Assembly: GCA_041690395.1 (NCBI GenBank)
Contig: JAWLHJ010000001.1
Location: 96,001 to 160,000, forward strand
From: Longimicrobiales bacterium
Lineage (GTDB): Bacteria > Gemmatimonadota > Gemmatimonadetes > Longimicrobiales > Gaopeijiaceae
Direction of reading: 5' to 3'
DNA: 64,000 nucleotides
The position numbers and the translations under genes were made by a program. Of this stretch, positions 41,560-52,267 are shown piece by piece. Each line of letters opens with the position of its first letter. Position 1 is the stretch's first letter. The notes under the pieces were generated by a model, which was not told the origin of the DNA, did not search any database, and worked only from the letters and a program-made list of their open reading frames with translations.

Positions 41560-42369
41560 ATGAGCGACGCTCCCATTCTGAAGATCTCCGGACTCGAAGC
41601 CAAGGTCGCCGACGAGGATTTCGACATCCTCCGCGGCGTCGATCTCGAGATCCGGAAGGGCGAGATCCACGCCATCATGGGGCCGAACGGCTCCGGCAAG
41701 AGCACGCTGGCTAAGGTGCTGGCCGGTCACCCCGGGTACACGGTCACGAGCGGCCAGGTGACCTACAAGGGCGAGGATCTGCTCGAGCTGGAGACCGACG
41801 AGCGCAGCCGCGCCGGCATCTTCCTGGCCTTCCAGTATCCCGTGGAGATCCCCGGGGTGTCGATCGCGAACTTCCTGCGGACCGCCGTCCAGGCGCACCT
41901 GCCGGAAGGCGAGGAGCTCGACCTGTTCGACTTCTCGGACATCCTCACGGATCGCATGGAGCTGCTCGAGATGGACGTCTCGTTCGCCGAGCGTCACGTG
42001 AACGACGGCTTCAGCGGTGGTGAGAAGAAGCGGAACGAGATCCTGCAGATGGCCATGCTCCGCCCCGACCTCGCGCTCATGGACGAGACGGACTCCGGAC
42101 TGGACATCGACGCGCTGAAGACGGTCTCCGACGGGGTGAACAAGCTCACCGCCGAGAACCCCGACATGGCGATCCTCCTCATCACGCACTACCAGCGGCT
42201 GCTCGACTACATCAAGCCCGACGTCGTGCACGTGATGATGGACGGCCGCCTCGTCCGCTCGGGTGGGCCGGAGCTGGCCCTCGAGCTCGAGCAGGAAGGC
42301 TACAAGGACTGGCGCGAAGACGAAGCAGCGGTGGACACCCAGCCCGGCGCCGAGCGCGCGGGCAACTGA
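41560..42369 (+). CDS. sufC: Fe-S cluster assembly ATPase
   Basis: [57 protein letters not shown]. Confidence 0.97.
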   Translation: MSDAPILKISGLEAKVADEDFDILRGVDLEIRKGEIHAIMGPNGSGKSTLAKVLAGHPGYTVTSGQVTYKGEDLLELETDERSRAGIFLAFQYPVEIPGVSIANFLRTAVQAHLPEGEELDLFDFSDILTDRMELLEMDVSFAERHVNDGFSGGEKKRNEILQMAMLRPDLALMDETDSGLDIDALKTVSDGVNKLTAENPDMAILLITHYQRLLDYIKPDVVHVMMDGRLVRSGGPELALELEQEGYKDWREDEAAVDTQPGAERAGN

Positions 42370-42384
42370 ACGGAGGACCCTCCC

Positions 42385-43800
42385 ATGCCCCAGAACGACA
42401 CGATCAAGGACCTCAACCTCGACGAGTACAAGTACGACTTCGTCACCGAGGGGAAGCCTAAGTTCCGGGCCGAGAAGGGTCTGTCCGAAGAGGTCGTGCG
42501 CCAGATCTCGGCGCACAAGGACGAGCCCGAGTGGATGCTCGAGTATCGGCTGAAGGCCCTCGACATCTACAACAAGAAGCCGATGCCCACCTGGGGCGGT
42601 GACCTGACGAACCTCGAGGAGACCCTCGACGAGATCTACTTCTACGTGCGCCCCCAGGACCAGATGGAGCGCTCCTGGGACGACGTCCCGGAAGAGATCA
42701 AGGACACGTTCGAGAAGCTCGGGATCCCCGAGGCCGAGCGGAAGATCCTGGCCGGCGTCGGAGCCCAGTACGAGTCCGAGATGGTGTACCACTCGCTCCG
42801 GAAGGAGTGGGAGGATCAGGGCGTCATCTTCGATTCCATCGAAGACGGCCTCAAGAACCACCCCGAGCTGTTCCGGGAATACTTCGGGACGGTCGTTCCG
42901 GCCGAGGACAACAAGTTCGCCGCGATGAACGCAGCGGTATGGTCGGGCGGCTCGTTCGTCTACATCCCGAAGGGCGTCTCACTGGACACTCCGCTCCAGG
43001 CGTACTTCCGCGTCAACCAGGAGCGCATGGGTCAGTTCGAGCGGACGCTCATCATCGTCGACGAGGGCGCGCAGGCGCACTACATCGAGGGGTGCACCGC
43101 CCCGGTCTACTCGACCGAGTCGTTCCACTCCGGCGTCATCGAGATCCTCGTCAAGAAGAACGCCCGCTTCCGCTACACGACCATCCAGAACTGGTCGAAC
43201 AATATGTACAACCTGGTGACCCAGCGCGCGCTGGTGGAAGCCGGGGGCCACATGGAATGGCTCGACGGGAACCTCGGCTCCAAGCTGACCATGAAGTACC
43301 CGTCCTGCTATCTGATGGGCGAGGGCGCGCACGGCGAGATCCTCTCCATCGCCTACTCGGGGAACGGTCAGCACCAGGATACGGGCGGGAAGGTCGTGCA
43401 CGTCGCGCCCAACACGACGTCGTCCATCGTCTCGAAGTCGATCTCCAAGGGGACCGGCCGCTCGACGTACCGGGGTCTCTGCAAGGTCTACGAGGGCGCG
43501 CACCACGCGCGCTCGAACGTGGAATGCGACGCGCTGCTCATCAACGACACGTCGCGTACGGACACGTACCCGTACATCGAGATCGACGAGCAGGACGCGA
43601 GCGTGGGCCACGAGGCTTCCGTCTCCAAGATCGGCGAGGAGCAGCTCTTCTACCTCACGAGCCGCGGCATCTCCGAAGAGGAAGCCATGGCCATGATCGT
43701 GCGCGGCTTCATCGAGCCGATCGCCAAGGAGCTTCCGCTCGAGTATGCGGTGGAGCTCAACCGCCTGATCGAGCTCGAGATGGAAGGCTCGGTAGGCTGA
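42385..43800 (+). CDS. sufB: Fe-S cluster assembly scaffold
   Basis: [67 protein letters not shown]. Confidence 0.97.
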   Translation: MPQNDTIKDLNLDEYKYDFVTEGKPKFRAEKGLSEEVVRQISAHKDEPEWMLEYRLKALDIYNKKPMPTWGGDLTNLEETLDEIYFYVRPQDQMERSWDDVPEEIKDTFEKLGIPEAERKILAGVGAQYESEMVYHSLRKEWEDQGVIFDSIEDGLKNHPELFREYFGTVVPAEDNKFAAMNAAVWSGGSFVYIPKGVSLDTPLQAYFRVNQERMGQFERTLIIVDEGAQAHYIEGCTAPVYSTESFHSGVIEILVKKNARFRYTTIQNWSNNMYNLVTQRALVEAGGHMEWLDGNLGSKLTMKYPSCYLMGEGAHGEILSIAYSGNGQHQDTGGKVVHVAPNTTSSIVSKSISKGTGRSTYRGLCKVYEGAHHARSNVECDALLINDTSRTDTYPYIEIDEQDASVGHEASVSKIGEEQLFYLTSRGISEEEAMAMIVRGFIEPIAKELPLEYAVELNRLIELEMEGSVG

Positions 43801-43837
43801 CCGCCACTCCGTCCTCACGACACCGCATCCATACCCC

Positions 43838-45181
43838 ATGCACGATACCGGCTTCATGGAAGGCATCACCGACGCGCTGAACGGCTCCGCCGTCTCCCTC
43901 GCCTCCGAAGGCGAGCCCGACTGGCTGAAGGAGCGCCGCGCCCATGCTTGGGACGTCTACGAGCGCACCCCGCTCCCGACGACCCGGCTCGAGGAGTGGC
44001 GCTACACCGACCTCAAGAAGAAGCTCGACCTCGACGCACTCCGGCTGAGCGACGCCGAGACCGCGCCCGACGACCCCGACGCCTGGCCCGAGCGGCTTCG
44101 CGACTGCATGGCCGAGGACAGGGACGCGTCCGGACACCTGGTCCTGATCGACGGTCACGTGGTCCACACGGACATCGACGAGGCGCTCGCCGATAAGGGC
44201 GTCGTGCTGATGTCGCTGCACGACGCCATCGACGCGTACGGCGATCTGGTGCGCGAGCACCTCGCCCGCGAGGCGGTTCCGCCTGAGGAAGGGAAGTTCG
44301 CGGCGCTGAACGCCGCTCTCTGGAACGACGGCATTTTCCTGTACGTGCCCCGCGGCGTGAAGCTCGAGCATCCGGTGCGGGTGACGCGCTGGGTCTCGGA
44401 GACGGGTGTGGCCTATTTCAGCCGCGTGCTGATCGTCGCCGAGGACGCGAGCCAGGTCTCGTACGTCGACGAGGTCCTCTCCGATGACTTCGCGCAGCAG
44501 ACGCTCGTCTCGAACGCGGTCGAAGTGATCGCGCGTCAGGGTGCCCAGGTCCAGTTCGTGTCGGTCCAGCGTCTCGGCGAGGGTGCCTTCTTCCAGTCGG
44601 TGCAGCGCACGCTGGCGGGTCGCGACGCCACGCTCGACACGCTGAACGTCGGGCTGGGCGCCTCCGTGAGTCGCGTCGACCTCAACGCGCGGCTCCTCGG
44701 TCCCGGCTCCAACTCGGATATGCTCGGGCTCTACTTCGGAGACAAGAACCAGCACTTCGATTTCAATACGAGTCAGGACCACGTCGCCCCCAACGCGGCC
44801 AGCGACCTGCTCTACAAAGGCGCGTTGGACGGCGCGAGCCGTGCGGTCTTCCGGGGCATCATCCGGGTGCATCCGGGCGCGCAGCGCACCGACGCGTACC
44901 AGACCAATCGAAACCTCCTGCTCTCGGGGAAGGCGCGGGCCGACTCGCTCCCGAACCTCGAGATCGAGGCCGACGACGTGAAGTGCTCCCACGGCGCGAC
45001 GATCGGCGAGCTCGATTCAGAAGCCAAATTCTATTTGATGAGCCGCGGGCTCGACCGCATCACCGCCGAGCGGCTCGTGGTGCTGGGCTTCCTGGGTGAA
45101 GTGCTCGCCCGGCTCCCGCTCGGGGGCGTGGTGGAGAAGGTCACCCGCGCGATCGAAGACAAGCTCGCAAACCATGGCTGA
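43838..45181 (+). CDS. sufD: Fe-S cluster assembly protein
   Basis: EEWRYTD, FAALNAAL, YQTNRNLLLS, PNLEIEADDVKCSHGATIG, FYLMSRG. Confidence 0.95.
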   Translation: MHDTGFMEGITDALNGSAVSLASEGEPDWLKERRAHAWDVYERTPLPTTRLEEWRYTDLKKKLDLDALRLSDAETAPDDPDAWPERLRDCMAEDRDASGHLVLIDGHVVHTDIDEALADKGVVLMSLHDAIDAYGDLVREHLAREAVPPEEGKFAALNAALWNDGIFLYVPRGVKLEHPVRVTRWVSETGVAYFSRVLIVAEDASQVSYVDEVLSDDFAQQTLVSNAVEVIARQGAQVQFVSVQRLGEGAFFQSVQRTLAGRDATLDTLNVGLGASVSRVDLNARLLGPGSNSDMLGLYFGDKNQHFDFNTSQDHVAPNAASDLLYKGALDGASRAVFRGIIRVHPGAQRTDAYQTNRNLLLSGKARADSLPNLEIEADDVKCSHGATIGELDSEAKFYLMSRGLDRITAERLVVLGFLGEVLARLPLGGVVEKVTRAIEDKLANHG

Positions 45182-45485
45182 GTGGGTGCGCGTCGCCGAC
45201 GTCGGGGCATGCCCGTCCGGGCAACTCAAGGGCGTGATGGCGAACGGCCAGGCCGTGGTGCTCGCCAACGTGGACGGTACGGTCTGCGCGCTGGAGGACC
45301 AGTGCTCGCACGAGGCGTACCCGCTGTCGGACGGTGAGCTCGACGGCGACGTCGTCGTCTGCAAGTACCATGGCGCTCGCTTCGACGCCTGCTCCGGCGC
45401 GCGCCGGGCGCTTCCCGCGGTCCGCCCCGTCCGGGCCTATCCGGTCGAGGTTCGGGACGACGGGATCTACGTGGACCTCGGGTGA
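45174..45485 (+). CDS. Rieske-type [2Fe-2S] ferredoxin
   Basis: CSH...CKYHGARFD motif; ATG overlaps the end of sufD. Confidence 0.92.
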   Translation: MAEWVRVADVGACPSGQLKGVMANGQAVVLANVDGTVCALEDQCSHEAYPLSDGELDGDVVVCKYHGARFDACSGARRALPAVRPVRAYPVEVRDDGIYVDLG

Positions 45486-46732
45486 GCACGCCACCGGCCG
45501 CGACGGCCCCCTACGACGCCTCGACGATCCGCGAGCAGTTCCCGGCGCTCGGCCAGACGGTCCACGGGAAGCCCCTCGTCTATCTCGACAACGCCGCGAC
45601 CTCGCAGAAGCCGCGCCCCGTGCTCGACGCGCTCGGTCACTACTACGAGCATGACAACGCCAACGTCCACCGGGGCATCCACGAGCTCTCGCGACGCGCG
45701 ACCGATGCCTACGAGGCGGCTCGCGTCACGGTGGCCGGATGGATCGGCGCGAGCGACCCGAACCAACTCGTCTGGACCCGGGGGACCACCGAGGCCATCA
45801 ACCTGGTCGCGAACGCCTGGGGGCTCGACAACCTGAGCGAGGGCGACGAGATCCTGATCTCGGTCCTCGAGCACCATTCGAACATCGTGCCCTGGCAGCT
45901 CCTGGCGCGCCGGACCGGCGCCAGCATCCGCTACATCGAGCTCGACGACGAAGGTCGCCTCGTCCTGGACGATCTCGACGAGTTGCTGACGGATCGGACG
46001 AAGTTGGTCTCGGTCTCGCACGTGTCGAACGCGCTCGGTACGGTGAACCCGGTGAAGCGCATCGTCGATGCCGCCCACGCGGTGGGTGCCGTGGTCCTGG
46101 TGGACGGGGCGCAGGGCGCCGTCCATGCCCAGGTCGACGTCGAGGCGCTCGGCGCGGACTTCTACGCGTTCAGCGGCCACAAGATGTGCGGCCCGACCGG
46201 CATCGGTGCGCTGTGGGGGAAACGTGAACTTCTCGAGAACATGTCGCCGTATCACGGTGGCGGCGAGATGATCCACGTCGTGGGACGCGACGAGAGCACC
46301 TGGGCGGACCTCCCCCACAAGTTCGAGGCCGGAACGCCGAACATCGCGGGCGCGATAGGGTTCGGGGCCGCGGTGGACTTCCTCTCCGGCATCGGGATGG
46401 AGTCGATCGTGGAGCACGAGAGGAGCCTGCTGCGCTACGCGCTCGAACGGTTCGAGGAGCTGGACGGTGTGAGGGTGTATGGTCCGACGTCGCTCGACGA
46501 GCGCTCGGCCGTGCTGTCGTTCTCCATGGACAGCGCCCATCCACACGACATCTCGACGATCCTCGATGCCGAGGGCGTCGCGGTCCGGGCCGGACATCAC
46601 TGCGCCCAGCTCGTCATGAAGCACTTCGATGTTCCCGCCACGGCGCGGGCGTCGTTCTACCTGTACAACACGACCGACGACGTCGACCGCCTGGTCGACG
46701 GCATCGATCAGGTGCGCCGCATCTTCGCCTGA
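45482..46732 (+). CDS. sufS: Cysteine desulfurase
   Basis: YLDNAATSQKP, NVHRGIH, EHHSNIVPW, FSGHKMCGPTGIG, FEAGTP, RAGHHCAQ. Confidence 0.97.
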   Translation: MSTPPAATAPYDASTIREQFPALGQTVHGKPLVYLDNAATSQKPRPVLDALGHYYEHDNANVHRGIHELSRRATDAYEAARVTVAGWIGASDPNQLVWTRGTTEAINLVANAWGLDNLSEGDEILISVLEHHSNIVPWQLLARRTGASIRYIELDDEGRLVLDDLDELLTDRTKLVSVSHVSNALGTVNPVKRIVDAAHAVGAVVLVDGAQGAVHAQVDVEALGADFYAFSGHKMCGPTGIGALWGKRELLENMSPYHGGGEMIHVVGRDESTWADLPHKFEAGTPNIAGAIGFGAAVDFLSGIGMESIVEHERSLLRYALERFEELDGVRVYGPTSLDERSAVLSFSMDSAHPHDISTILDAEGVAVRAGHHCAQLVMKHFDVPATARASFYLYNTTDDVDRLVDGIDQVRRIFA

Positions 46733-46844
46733 CCGCGCGGGTCCCGCAGGAGTCGGCACACACGGAGGTCCGAGCGGCACCGCGTGGCGAAGCACGGGCG
46801 TCCCGACGTATGTTGTCGTCAACGCCACGTAAACGGGGACCCCG

Positions 46845-47297
46845 ATGGAAACACCGCAGCTCAACTCGCTCTATCAGCAGCTCATCCTCGAGCACTACAA
46901 GAGTCCCCGGAACAAGGGCGACCTCGAGGACCGCACCGTCGAGGTGCACATGGCCAACCCCGTGTGCGGCGACGAGATCAAGCTGCAGCTTCGCATCGCC
47001 GGCGATACCATCGAGAGCGCCAAGTTCGTGGGGCAGGGATGCTCGATCTCCCAGGCGTCGGTCAGCATCATGACGACGCTCCTCGAGGGGAGCTCGCTCG
47101 CCGACGCGGAGGGGCTGGCCGACCGGTTCACGGCCGTCATGCACGGCGACGCGGAAGCGGCGCGTGACAAGGCACTCGGTGACCTGAGGGCGCTCCAGGG
47201 CGTCAGCAAGTTCCCCGTGCGTGTGAAGTGCGCGCTGCTCGGCTTCGACGCCCTCCGGGAGGCGCTCAAGCGAAGCGCGGCCGAGCCGGCGAACTGA
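46845..47297 (+). CDS. sufU: SUF system sulfur-transfer protein (NifU-like)
   Basis: ILEHYKSPRN, NPVCGD, GCSISQAS, PVRVKCALL with the SufU-type insertion before the third Cys. Confidence 0.93.
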   Translation: METPQLNSLYQQLILEHYKSPRNKGDLEDRTVEVHMANPVCGDEIKLQLRIAGDTIESAKFVGQGCSISQASVSIMTTLLEGSSLADAEGLADRFTAVMHGDAEAARDKALGDLRALQGVSKFPVRVKCALLGFDALREALKRSAAEPAN

Positions 47298-47301
47298 CGT
47301 C

Positions 47302-47841
47302 ATGGAGGTCCACTCGGCCCACATCTCCGAGACCCGCGCGGGTCCGGTCACGGTGTGGGTATCAGCCGAGGGCCTCCGCCACATCGAGTTCGGCCCGTTG
47401 CCGTCGGAGCACCACCTCGACCCACCCGATCGACTCCCGGAGACCCTCCGGCGCGCCGTGGATCAGCTCCGCGAATACTTCGCCGGCGAGCGCACCGACT
47501 TCGACCTACCGCTCGACCTGAGTGGTGTGGCCACGGACTTCCAGCGCCGGGTCTACGAGCGGCTGCTCGAGGTGCAGTACGGCCGTGTCACCTCGTACGG
47601 CGCCCTCGCCGAGGCGGTCGGGGGGCCCGAGCTCTCACGCGCCGTCGGGCAGGCAGTCGGCGCGAACCCGATCCCGATCGTGATCCCGTGCCACCGAGTG
47701 GTCGGCACGGACGGTCGCCTCACGGGCTACTCGGGGGGGCTCGCCGTCAAGATCGCCCTGCTCCGCCTCGAGGGGGTCGACGTGGACGGAAGCCGACCCG
47801 GCAGCCGCGTACGCCCCGACGTCATTCCGCTGGATCTCTGA
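47302..47841 (+). CDS. ogt: Methylated-DNA--protein-cysteine methyltransferase
   Basis: QLREYFAG, FQRRV, SYGALA, RAVGQAVGANP, IPCHRV active site. Confidence 0.95.
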   Translation: MEVHSAHISETRAGPVTVWVSAEGLRHIEFGPLPSEHHLDPPDRLPETLRRAVDQLREYFAGERTDFDLPLDLSGVATDFQRRVYERLLEVQYGRVTSYGALAEAVGGPELSRAVGQAVGANPIPIVIPCHRVVGTDGRLTGYSGGLAVKIALLRLEGVDVDGSRPGSRVRPDVIPLDL

Positions 47842-47913
47842 AGGCTACGGCGGGGCAAGCCCCGCCGGGCGGGCGGCGCGGCTGGGCGACACACCCTCCG
47901 GCGCCCGCCCCGA

Positions 47914-48933
47914 TCACGCCTGAGGCAAAGACTCGACGAGCTCGACCATCCGCCGGAGGTGGTCGGGGGTGGGAAGGCGACCCCGCGCGGCTCCCAGGTT
48001 GTCCGTCATGTGGCCGGGGTTGCTCGTGCCCGGCGTGGCGACCGTCACGGCCGGGTGCGCCAGCACGAACTTGAGCATGAACTGCGCCCAGGTGGTCGCG
48101 TCGAACTCGGCGGCCCAGTCGGGCAGGGGCCGGTCGCCGATGCGGGCCCACATCCGGCTGCGGCCGAAGGGCAGGTAGACGATCACGCCGATCCCCTGGT
48201 CCTGCGCGAGCGGCAGGATGGTCTCCTCGACCACGCGGTTGTCCACGGCGTAGTCGATGCCGATGAAGTCGAGGGGGTACTCGCGCATCACCTGCTCGAG
48301 ATGGTCGTACTGGCTCTCGCTCGTGGTGGTGATCCCCATGTAGCGGATGCGGCCCTCGCCCTTGAGCTCCTGGAGGATCCCGAGCTGGGTCGGTGGATCG
48401 CCCATGTTGTGCACGTTGATCGCGTCGATGACCGGGATACGCAGGCGGTCGAACGACCGCTCGATCTGTGCGCGCGCCTCGGCCGGGTCGGCAGAGCCCC
48501 CGCCACGTCCGGCGACGTTCACCTTGGTCGCCCAGAACATCCGGTCGGCGATGCCGAGCTCCTGGGCCACGCGACCCGAGACCTCCTCGGAAGCGCCGTA
48601 CCCGGCGGCGGTGTCGAAGAACGTTCCTCCACCGTCCACCAACGCCTGGAGGACCTCTCCGATCGTCTCGAAGTCCTCTTCGCCCGCGGTGGCCGAGAAG
48701 GTGTTCGCACCCCCCAGGCCGACGGCAGGCAGGCGCTCCCCGCTCGACGGGATCGCGCGCATCAGGAGGTCACCGCTCTCCGTACCCGCGCTCGTTGCCG
48801 GACCACCACCCGCCGAAGCGCCCGCGCCATTCGCGCCGGCGTCACCCGCGTCGGACGGAGCGCACCCCGGGAAGGCGAAGGCGGCGCCCGCGCCTACGGT
48901 GATCCTCAGCCAGTCGCGTCGTGACAACGTCAT
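47914..48933 (-). CDS. Aldo/keto reductase with Tat/lipoprotein-like N-terminus
   Basis: SRRDWL...AFPGC; FDTAAGYG, ATKV, VHN tetrad; GRIRYMGIT; PGTSNPGHMTDN. Confidence 0.9.
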   Translation of the reverse strand: MTLSRRDWLRITVGAGAAFAFPGCAPSDAGDAGANGAGASAGGGPATSAGTESGDLLMRAIPSSGERLPAVGLGGANTFSATAGEEDFETIGEVLQALVDGGGTFFDTAAGYGASEEVSGRVAQELGIADRMFWATKVNVAGRGGGSADPAEARAQIERSFDRLRIPVIDAINVHNMGDPPTQLGILQELKGEGRIRYMGITTTSESQYDHLEQVMREYPLDFIGIDYAVDNRVVEETILPLAQDQGIGVIVYLPFGRSRMWARIGDRPLPDWAAEFDATTWAQFMLKFVLAHPAVTVATPGTSNPGHMTDNLGAARGRLPTPDHLRRMVELVESLPQA

Positions 48934-48977
48934 GTGGAACCTTCTTCTGGGTGGCGGTCAGGGGGGTCTCGAGAAGC

Positions 48978-50249
48978 CTAAGAATGCAGGCGATCAGGGG
49001 TCGGCGCCAGAGATTCCGGCACGGGCTCGCCGGCCACGATCGCATGCGCGACGAACTCGCCCGTGACGGGCCCCAGCGTGAGTCCGAGCATGCCGTGACC
49101 GGTGGCGATCCACGCGCCCGGCATGTCGGAGAGAGGTCCCACGAACGGCAACCCGTCGGCGCTCACCGGGCGAAGCCCCGCCCACTCCGAGACGGGCGCC
49201 GCCCCGCCGAAAGCACGGAACGCGCGCTTCGCGGACCGGCTCAACTGCTCCAACCGCTCGGGCCTCAGCGTGTCGTTCCATCCCGAGAACTCCATCGTCC
49301 CGGCCAGCCGCACGCGCCCCTCGAGCGGGGTGCAGAACACCGACGACTCGTGCAGCACGCACGCGATCCCGAGGTCCGGAGCCCCACCAGCGCCGACCGG
49401 GATATCCCGGTGGTAGCCCTTGCCTGGCTGGACGGGCAGACGCACGCCGACCCGCCCGGCAAGGGCGAGGCCGAACGGACCCGTGGCAAGAACCACGGCG
49501 TCGGCGGGCTCGAACGCGCCATCGGTGAGCGTTACGCCGGCCGCCTGGCCACCGCGGACCTTCACGTCCACCACCTCCACACCCTCGCGGACGACAGCGC
49601 CGTGCCGCACGGCCGCGGCGGCGAGCCCGCGTGTGAAGGCGAGGGGGTCGACCGTCGCGGCCTCGGGATAGAAGACGCCGCCCACGACATCCGGGGCCAG
49701 GGCCGGCTCACGCCGGCGCAACTCTTCGGGACCCAACGCGTCCGGAGCGTATCCGTGCGGCCGGATCAGATCGGCCTCACGGCATGCCGAGTCGAAGCCG
49801 TCCTCGGTGGCGCACACATCGTAGTAGCCCTCCGGCCGGTATCCGCACCCGATCCCTTCCTCGGCGACGATCCGCTCGAAGAGCGCCAGAGTACGGTGAC
49901 CCATGGGGGCCATCACTTCCATGGAGCGGGTGACGGCCTCGTGCGTACAGTGCCGCGCGAACGTGGCGAGCCAACGCCACAGATCGGGGTCCCATCGGGG
50001 CGGCAAGTACAGTGGACTGGCCGGATCGAACATGCGGCTCAGCCCTTCACGCACCCTCCCCGGGCGGTTGAGAGGCGGATGTCCGGCCGACACGGTGCCC
50101 GCATTGCCGAACGACGCTTCCCCCGCGATGCGTCCGCGCTCGAGGAGCGTCACGTGAGCGCCGGCACGCGAAAGGAAGTATGCGCAGCTCACGCCGATCA
50201 CCCCACCACCGACCACCACTACACGGGGACCGCTCCCGGACGGTGTCAT
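48978..50249 (-). CDS. FAD-dependent D-amino acid dehydrogenase (DadA-like)
   Basis: VVGGGVIG, ASFGNAG, PGKGY, LAGTMEF, WAGLRP..ADGLP, TGHGMLGLTLGP; ATGA overlap with the upstream gene. Confidence 0.9.
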   Translation of the reverse strand: MTPSGSGPRVVVVGGGVIGVSCAYFLSRAGAHVTLLERGRIAGEASFGNAGTVSAGHPPLNRPGRVREGLSRMFDPASPLYLPPRWDPDLWRWLATFARHCTHEAVTRSMEVMAPMGHRTLALFERIVAEEGIGCGYRPEGYYDVCATEDGFDSACREADLIRPHGYAPDALGPEELRRREPALAPDVVGGVFYPEAATVDPLAFTRGLAAAAVRHGAVVREGVEVVDVKVRGGQAAGVTLTDGAFEPADAVVLATGPFGLALAGRVGVRLPVQPGKGYHRDIPVGAGGAPDLGIACVLHESSVFCTPLEGRVRLAGTMEFSGWNDTLRPERLEQLSRSAKRAFRAFGGAAPVSEWAGLRPVSADGLPFVGPLSDMPGAWIATGHGMLGLTLGPVTGEFVAHAIVAGEPVPESLAPTPDRLHS

Positions 50250-51502
50250 CCGGCCTTGGGATCGAGCAACACCTTGATGGACCGGGACTTGCGACGGTTC
50301 GCCGCGGTCGAGATGGCCTGCCGGTACTCCCCCAGGGGATAGATGTGGGTGACCATCCGATCGACCGGAGGCATCGTCTCCAACAGGAGATCCCGGGTGA
50401 TCTCGAAGGTGTGCGCCCTCCCCCCATGCCACTCCTCGATCCCGTATCCCACGAATCCCTTGATCTCGAGCTCGTGGGCCCACACGAACGTGAGATCCAG
50501 CTTTCGGATCTCGGCGGCGCAACCGAGCATGACCAGGCGGCCGCGCGGGGACGCGTATCGCATCGCCTGCGTCAGCGTCTGCCCGCTCCCCACGCAGTCG
50601 AAGACCAACGGGAAGCCGCCCCCGGCGAAGACCTCGTCGCCGACGATGGGCATGTACGCCTGGGCGCCGGTCTCCACGAGCGCCTGTCGCGCCTCGTCGC
50701 CGGGTGAAACGACGCTCGAAGCGCCGAGCGCGCGGGCGATGTCGCCCTCGTGCGAGCGCTTGATCTGCGCCACGATCTCACCCTCGAAGCCCGCCGCCCG
50801 CAGCGCCCAGATGGTTCCGAGCGCGATGGGTCCGCTACCGATGACCAGAGCGGGGCCCGGTCCCCACGGCCGCATACCGAGCACGGCGTGCATGCCGACG
50901 GCGAGCGGCTCGATGAGCACGGCCGACTTGTCCGGGAGGGCCTCGTCGACCGGAAAGAGCTGCGACCGGTGCGCGAGGACGCGCTCGGACCAGCCACCGG
51001 GTAGGTCGCTGTGGAAGCCCACGGTGGCCCCCCGACTCAGGGGCTTCCCGTCGATCGCCACCCGACCTTCGTCGCCGGCGCGCTCGCACGTACAGTGCCG
51101 GCCGGCGCCGCAGGAGACGCACTCGTCGTCGGCCGGGAAGCCGCGCGTGCCGCAGGAGATCATCGGGTCGACCACCACTCGGGTCCCCACCGCCACGTCC
51201 CTCACCGCCGGCCCGGTCTCGACCACCCGCCCCAGGATCTCATGCCCCAGAACGGCCGGGAACGAGCCGAACGGCTCCATCACGGGGCTGGCCTGGAGGT
51301 CCAGTGTGCCGATATCGGTACCACAGATGCCCGCCTTGAGAACCTCGACCCGCGCCCAGTCGTCGCCGGGAAGCCCGGGCTCCGACACGTCCCCGAAGCG
51401 GAGTCCGCTCAGCCCTCCGTAGCGAGCCGCCTCCGTGAGGCGCCCGAGCGTGCGACCCACGACGTAGCTGGGAACGGTGACGTTGAACGAGACTGCGCGC
51501 AT
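50246..51502 (-). CDS. Zinc-binding (MDR) dehydrogenase
   Basis: GICGTD, LGHE, structural-zinc Cys cluster, IEPLAV, IGSGPI, FDCVG. Confidence 0.9.
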   Translation of the reverse strand: MRAVSFNVTVPSYVVGRTLGRLTEAARYGGLSGLRFGDVSEPGLPGDDWARVEVLKAGICGTDIGTLDLQASPVMEPFGSFPAVLGHEILGRVVETGPAVRDVAVGTRVVVDPMISCGTRGFPADDECVSCGAGRHCTCERAGDEGRVAIDGKPLSRGATVGFHSDLPGGWSERVLAHRSQLFPVDEALPDKSAVLIEPLAVGMHAVLGMRPWGPGPALVIGSGPIALGTIWALRAAGFEGEIVAQIKRSHEGDIARALGASSVVSPGDEARQALVETGAQAYMPIVGDEVFAGGGFPLVFDCVGSGQTLTQAMRYASPRGRLVMLGCAAEIRKLDLTFVWAHELEIKGFVGYGIEEWHGGRAHTFEITRDLLLETMPPVDRMVTHIYPLGEYRQAISTAANRRKSRSIKVLLDPKAG

Positions 51503-51548
51503 GAGGCGATACCGCCGTTTCGGATCGATGTGTGGAGGACGGAACGGT

Positions 51549-52148
51549 TCAGGGGGCCGTTCCCGACAGCGCCCTTAAGATGGCCCGGATGGACGCGAGC
51601 GTCTTCCCCGAGACCGCGCTCAGCCCGAGTACGAGCCCCACGAGGAGCGCGACGGTCTCCCATACCCCGACCCAGGGTACGGCACCTTCTCCGCCGTACG
51701 ACGCCAGTCCGACGAGCGCCAGCGCCAGCAGGCCGGCGACGATCCGCTCGGTGAGGCAGAGAGGTTCGAAAGTCGGGACGCGGCTCGGACCGGTCTCGGA
51801 AGCGCGGGAAGGGCGGAGGGCGCGTGCCGGGCCGTCGGCATCTCCGGCGTCCGGGCGGGCGGCCTGCGTCGCGCGATCCGGCGGCGGGACACGCTTCACC
51901 GCGGCGCCGCTGCCGTCGTCCAGGTCCAGGATCACACGAGCCTCGTCCTCATCCTCCGCCCGCACCCAGATCACGGCGGGTCGGGCGATGGTCACGCCCG
52001 CGTCCGCGCCACCCGCATCGTCTATCTGGAGCCGGAAGGGGATGCCGGCATCCCGTAGGAAACCCGCGGCGAACTCGGCCTCGTGACGGTAGAGGTACTC
52101 GGCGATCCGCACGTGCGGTCGTTCCCGTTCCCCGGGAGATCTGGTCAT
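51549..52148 (-). CDS. DUF2007-domain membrane protein
   Basis: HEAEFAAGFLRDAGIP...IWVRAEDEDEAR N-terminal domain, low-complexity linker, two C-terminal TM helices. Confidence 0.65.
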   Translation of the reverse strand: MTRSPGERERPHVRIAEYLYRHEAEFAAGFLRDAGIPFRLQIDDAGGADAGVTIARPAVIWVRAEDEDEARVILDLDDGSGAAVKRVPPPDRATQAARPDAGDADGPARALRPSRASETGPSRVPTFEPLCLTERIVAGLLALALVGLASYGGEGAVPWVGVWETVALLVGLVLGLSAVSGKTLASIRAILRALSGTAP

Positions 52149-52267
52149 GGCTGGCCGGCTGGGTGTAGTGCGTCTGGCCTGGTACCCTGGACACACCCAC
52201 CTTACCCACTCCGATTGGAGCGGTAAATGGGACGAGCCTCCCCCCCCATCCGAGGAGTCCGCATCCG

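Noticed and set aside
52202..52226. Imperfect inverted repeat TTACC...GGTAA upstream of the lipid operon
   Set aside because: Bulged, single copy and no cognate regulator nearby; too weak to call an operator.
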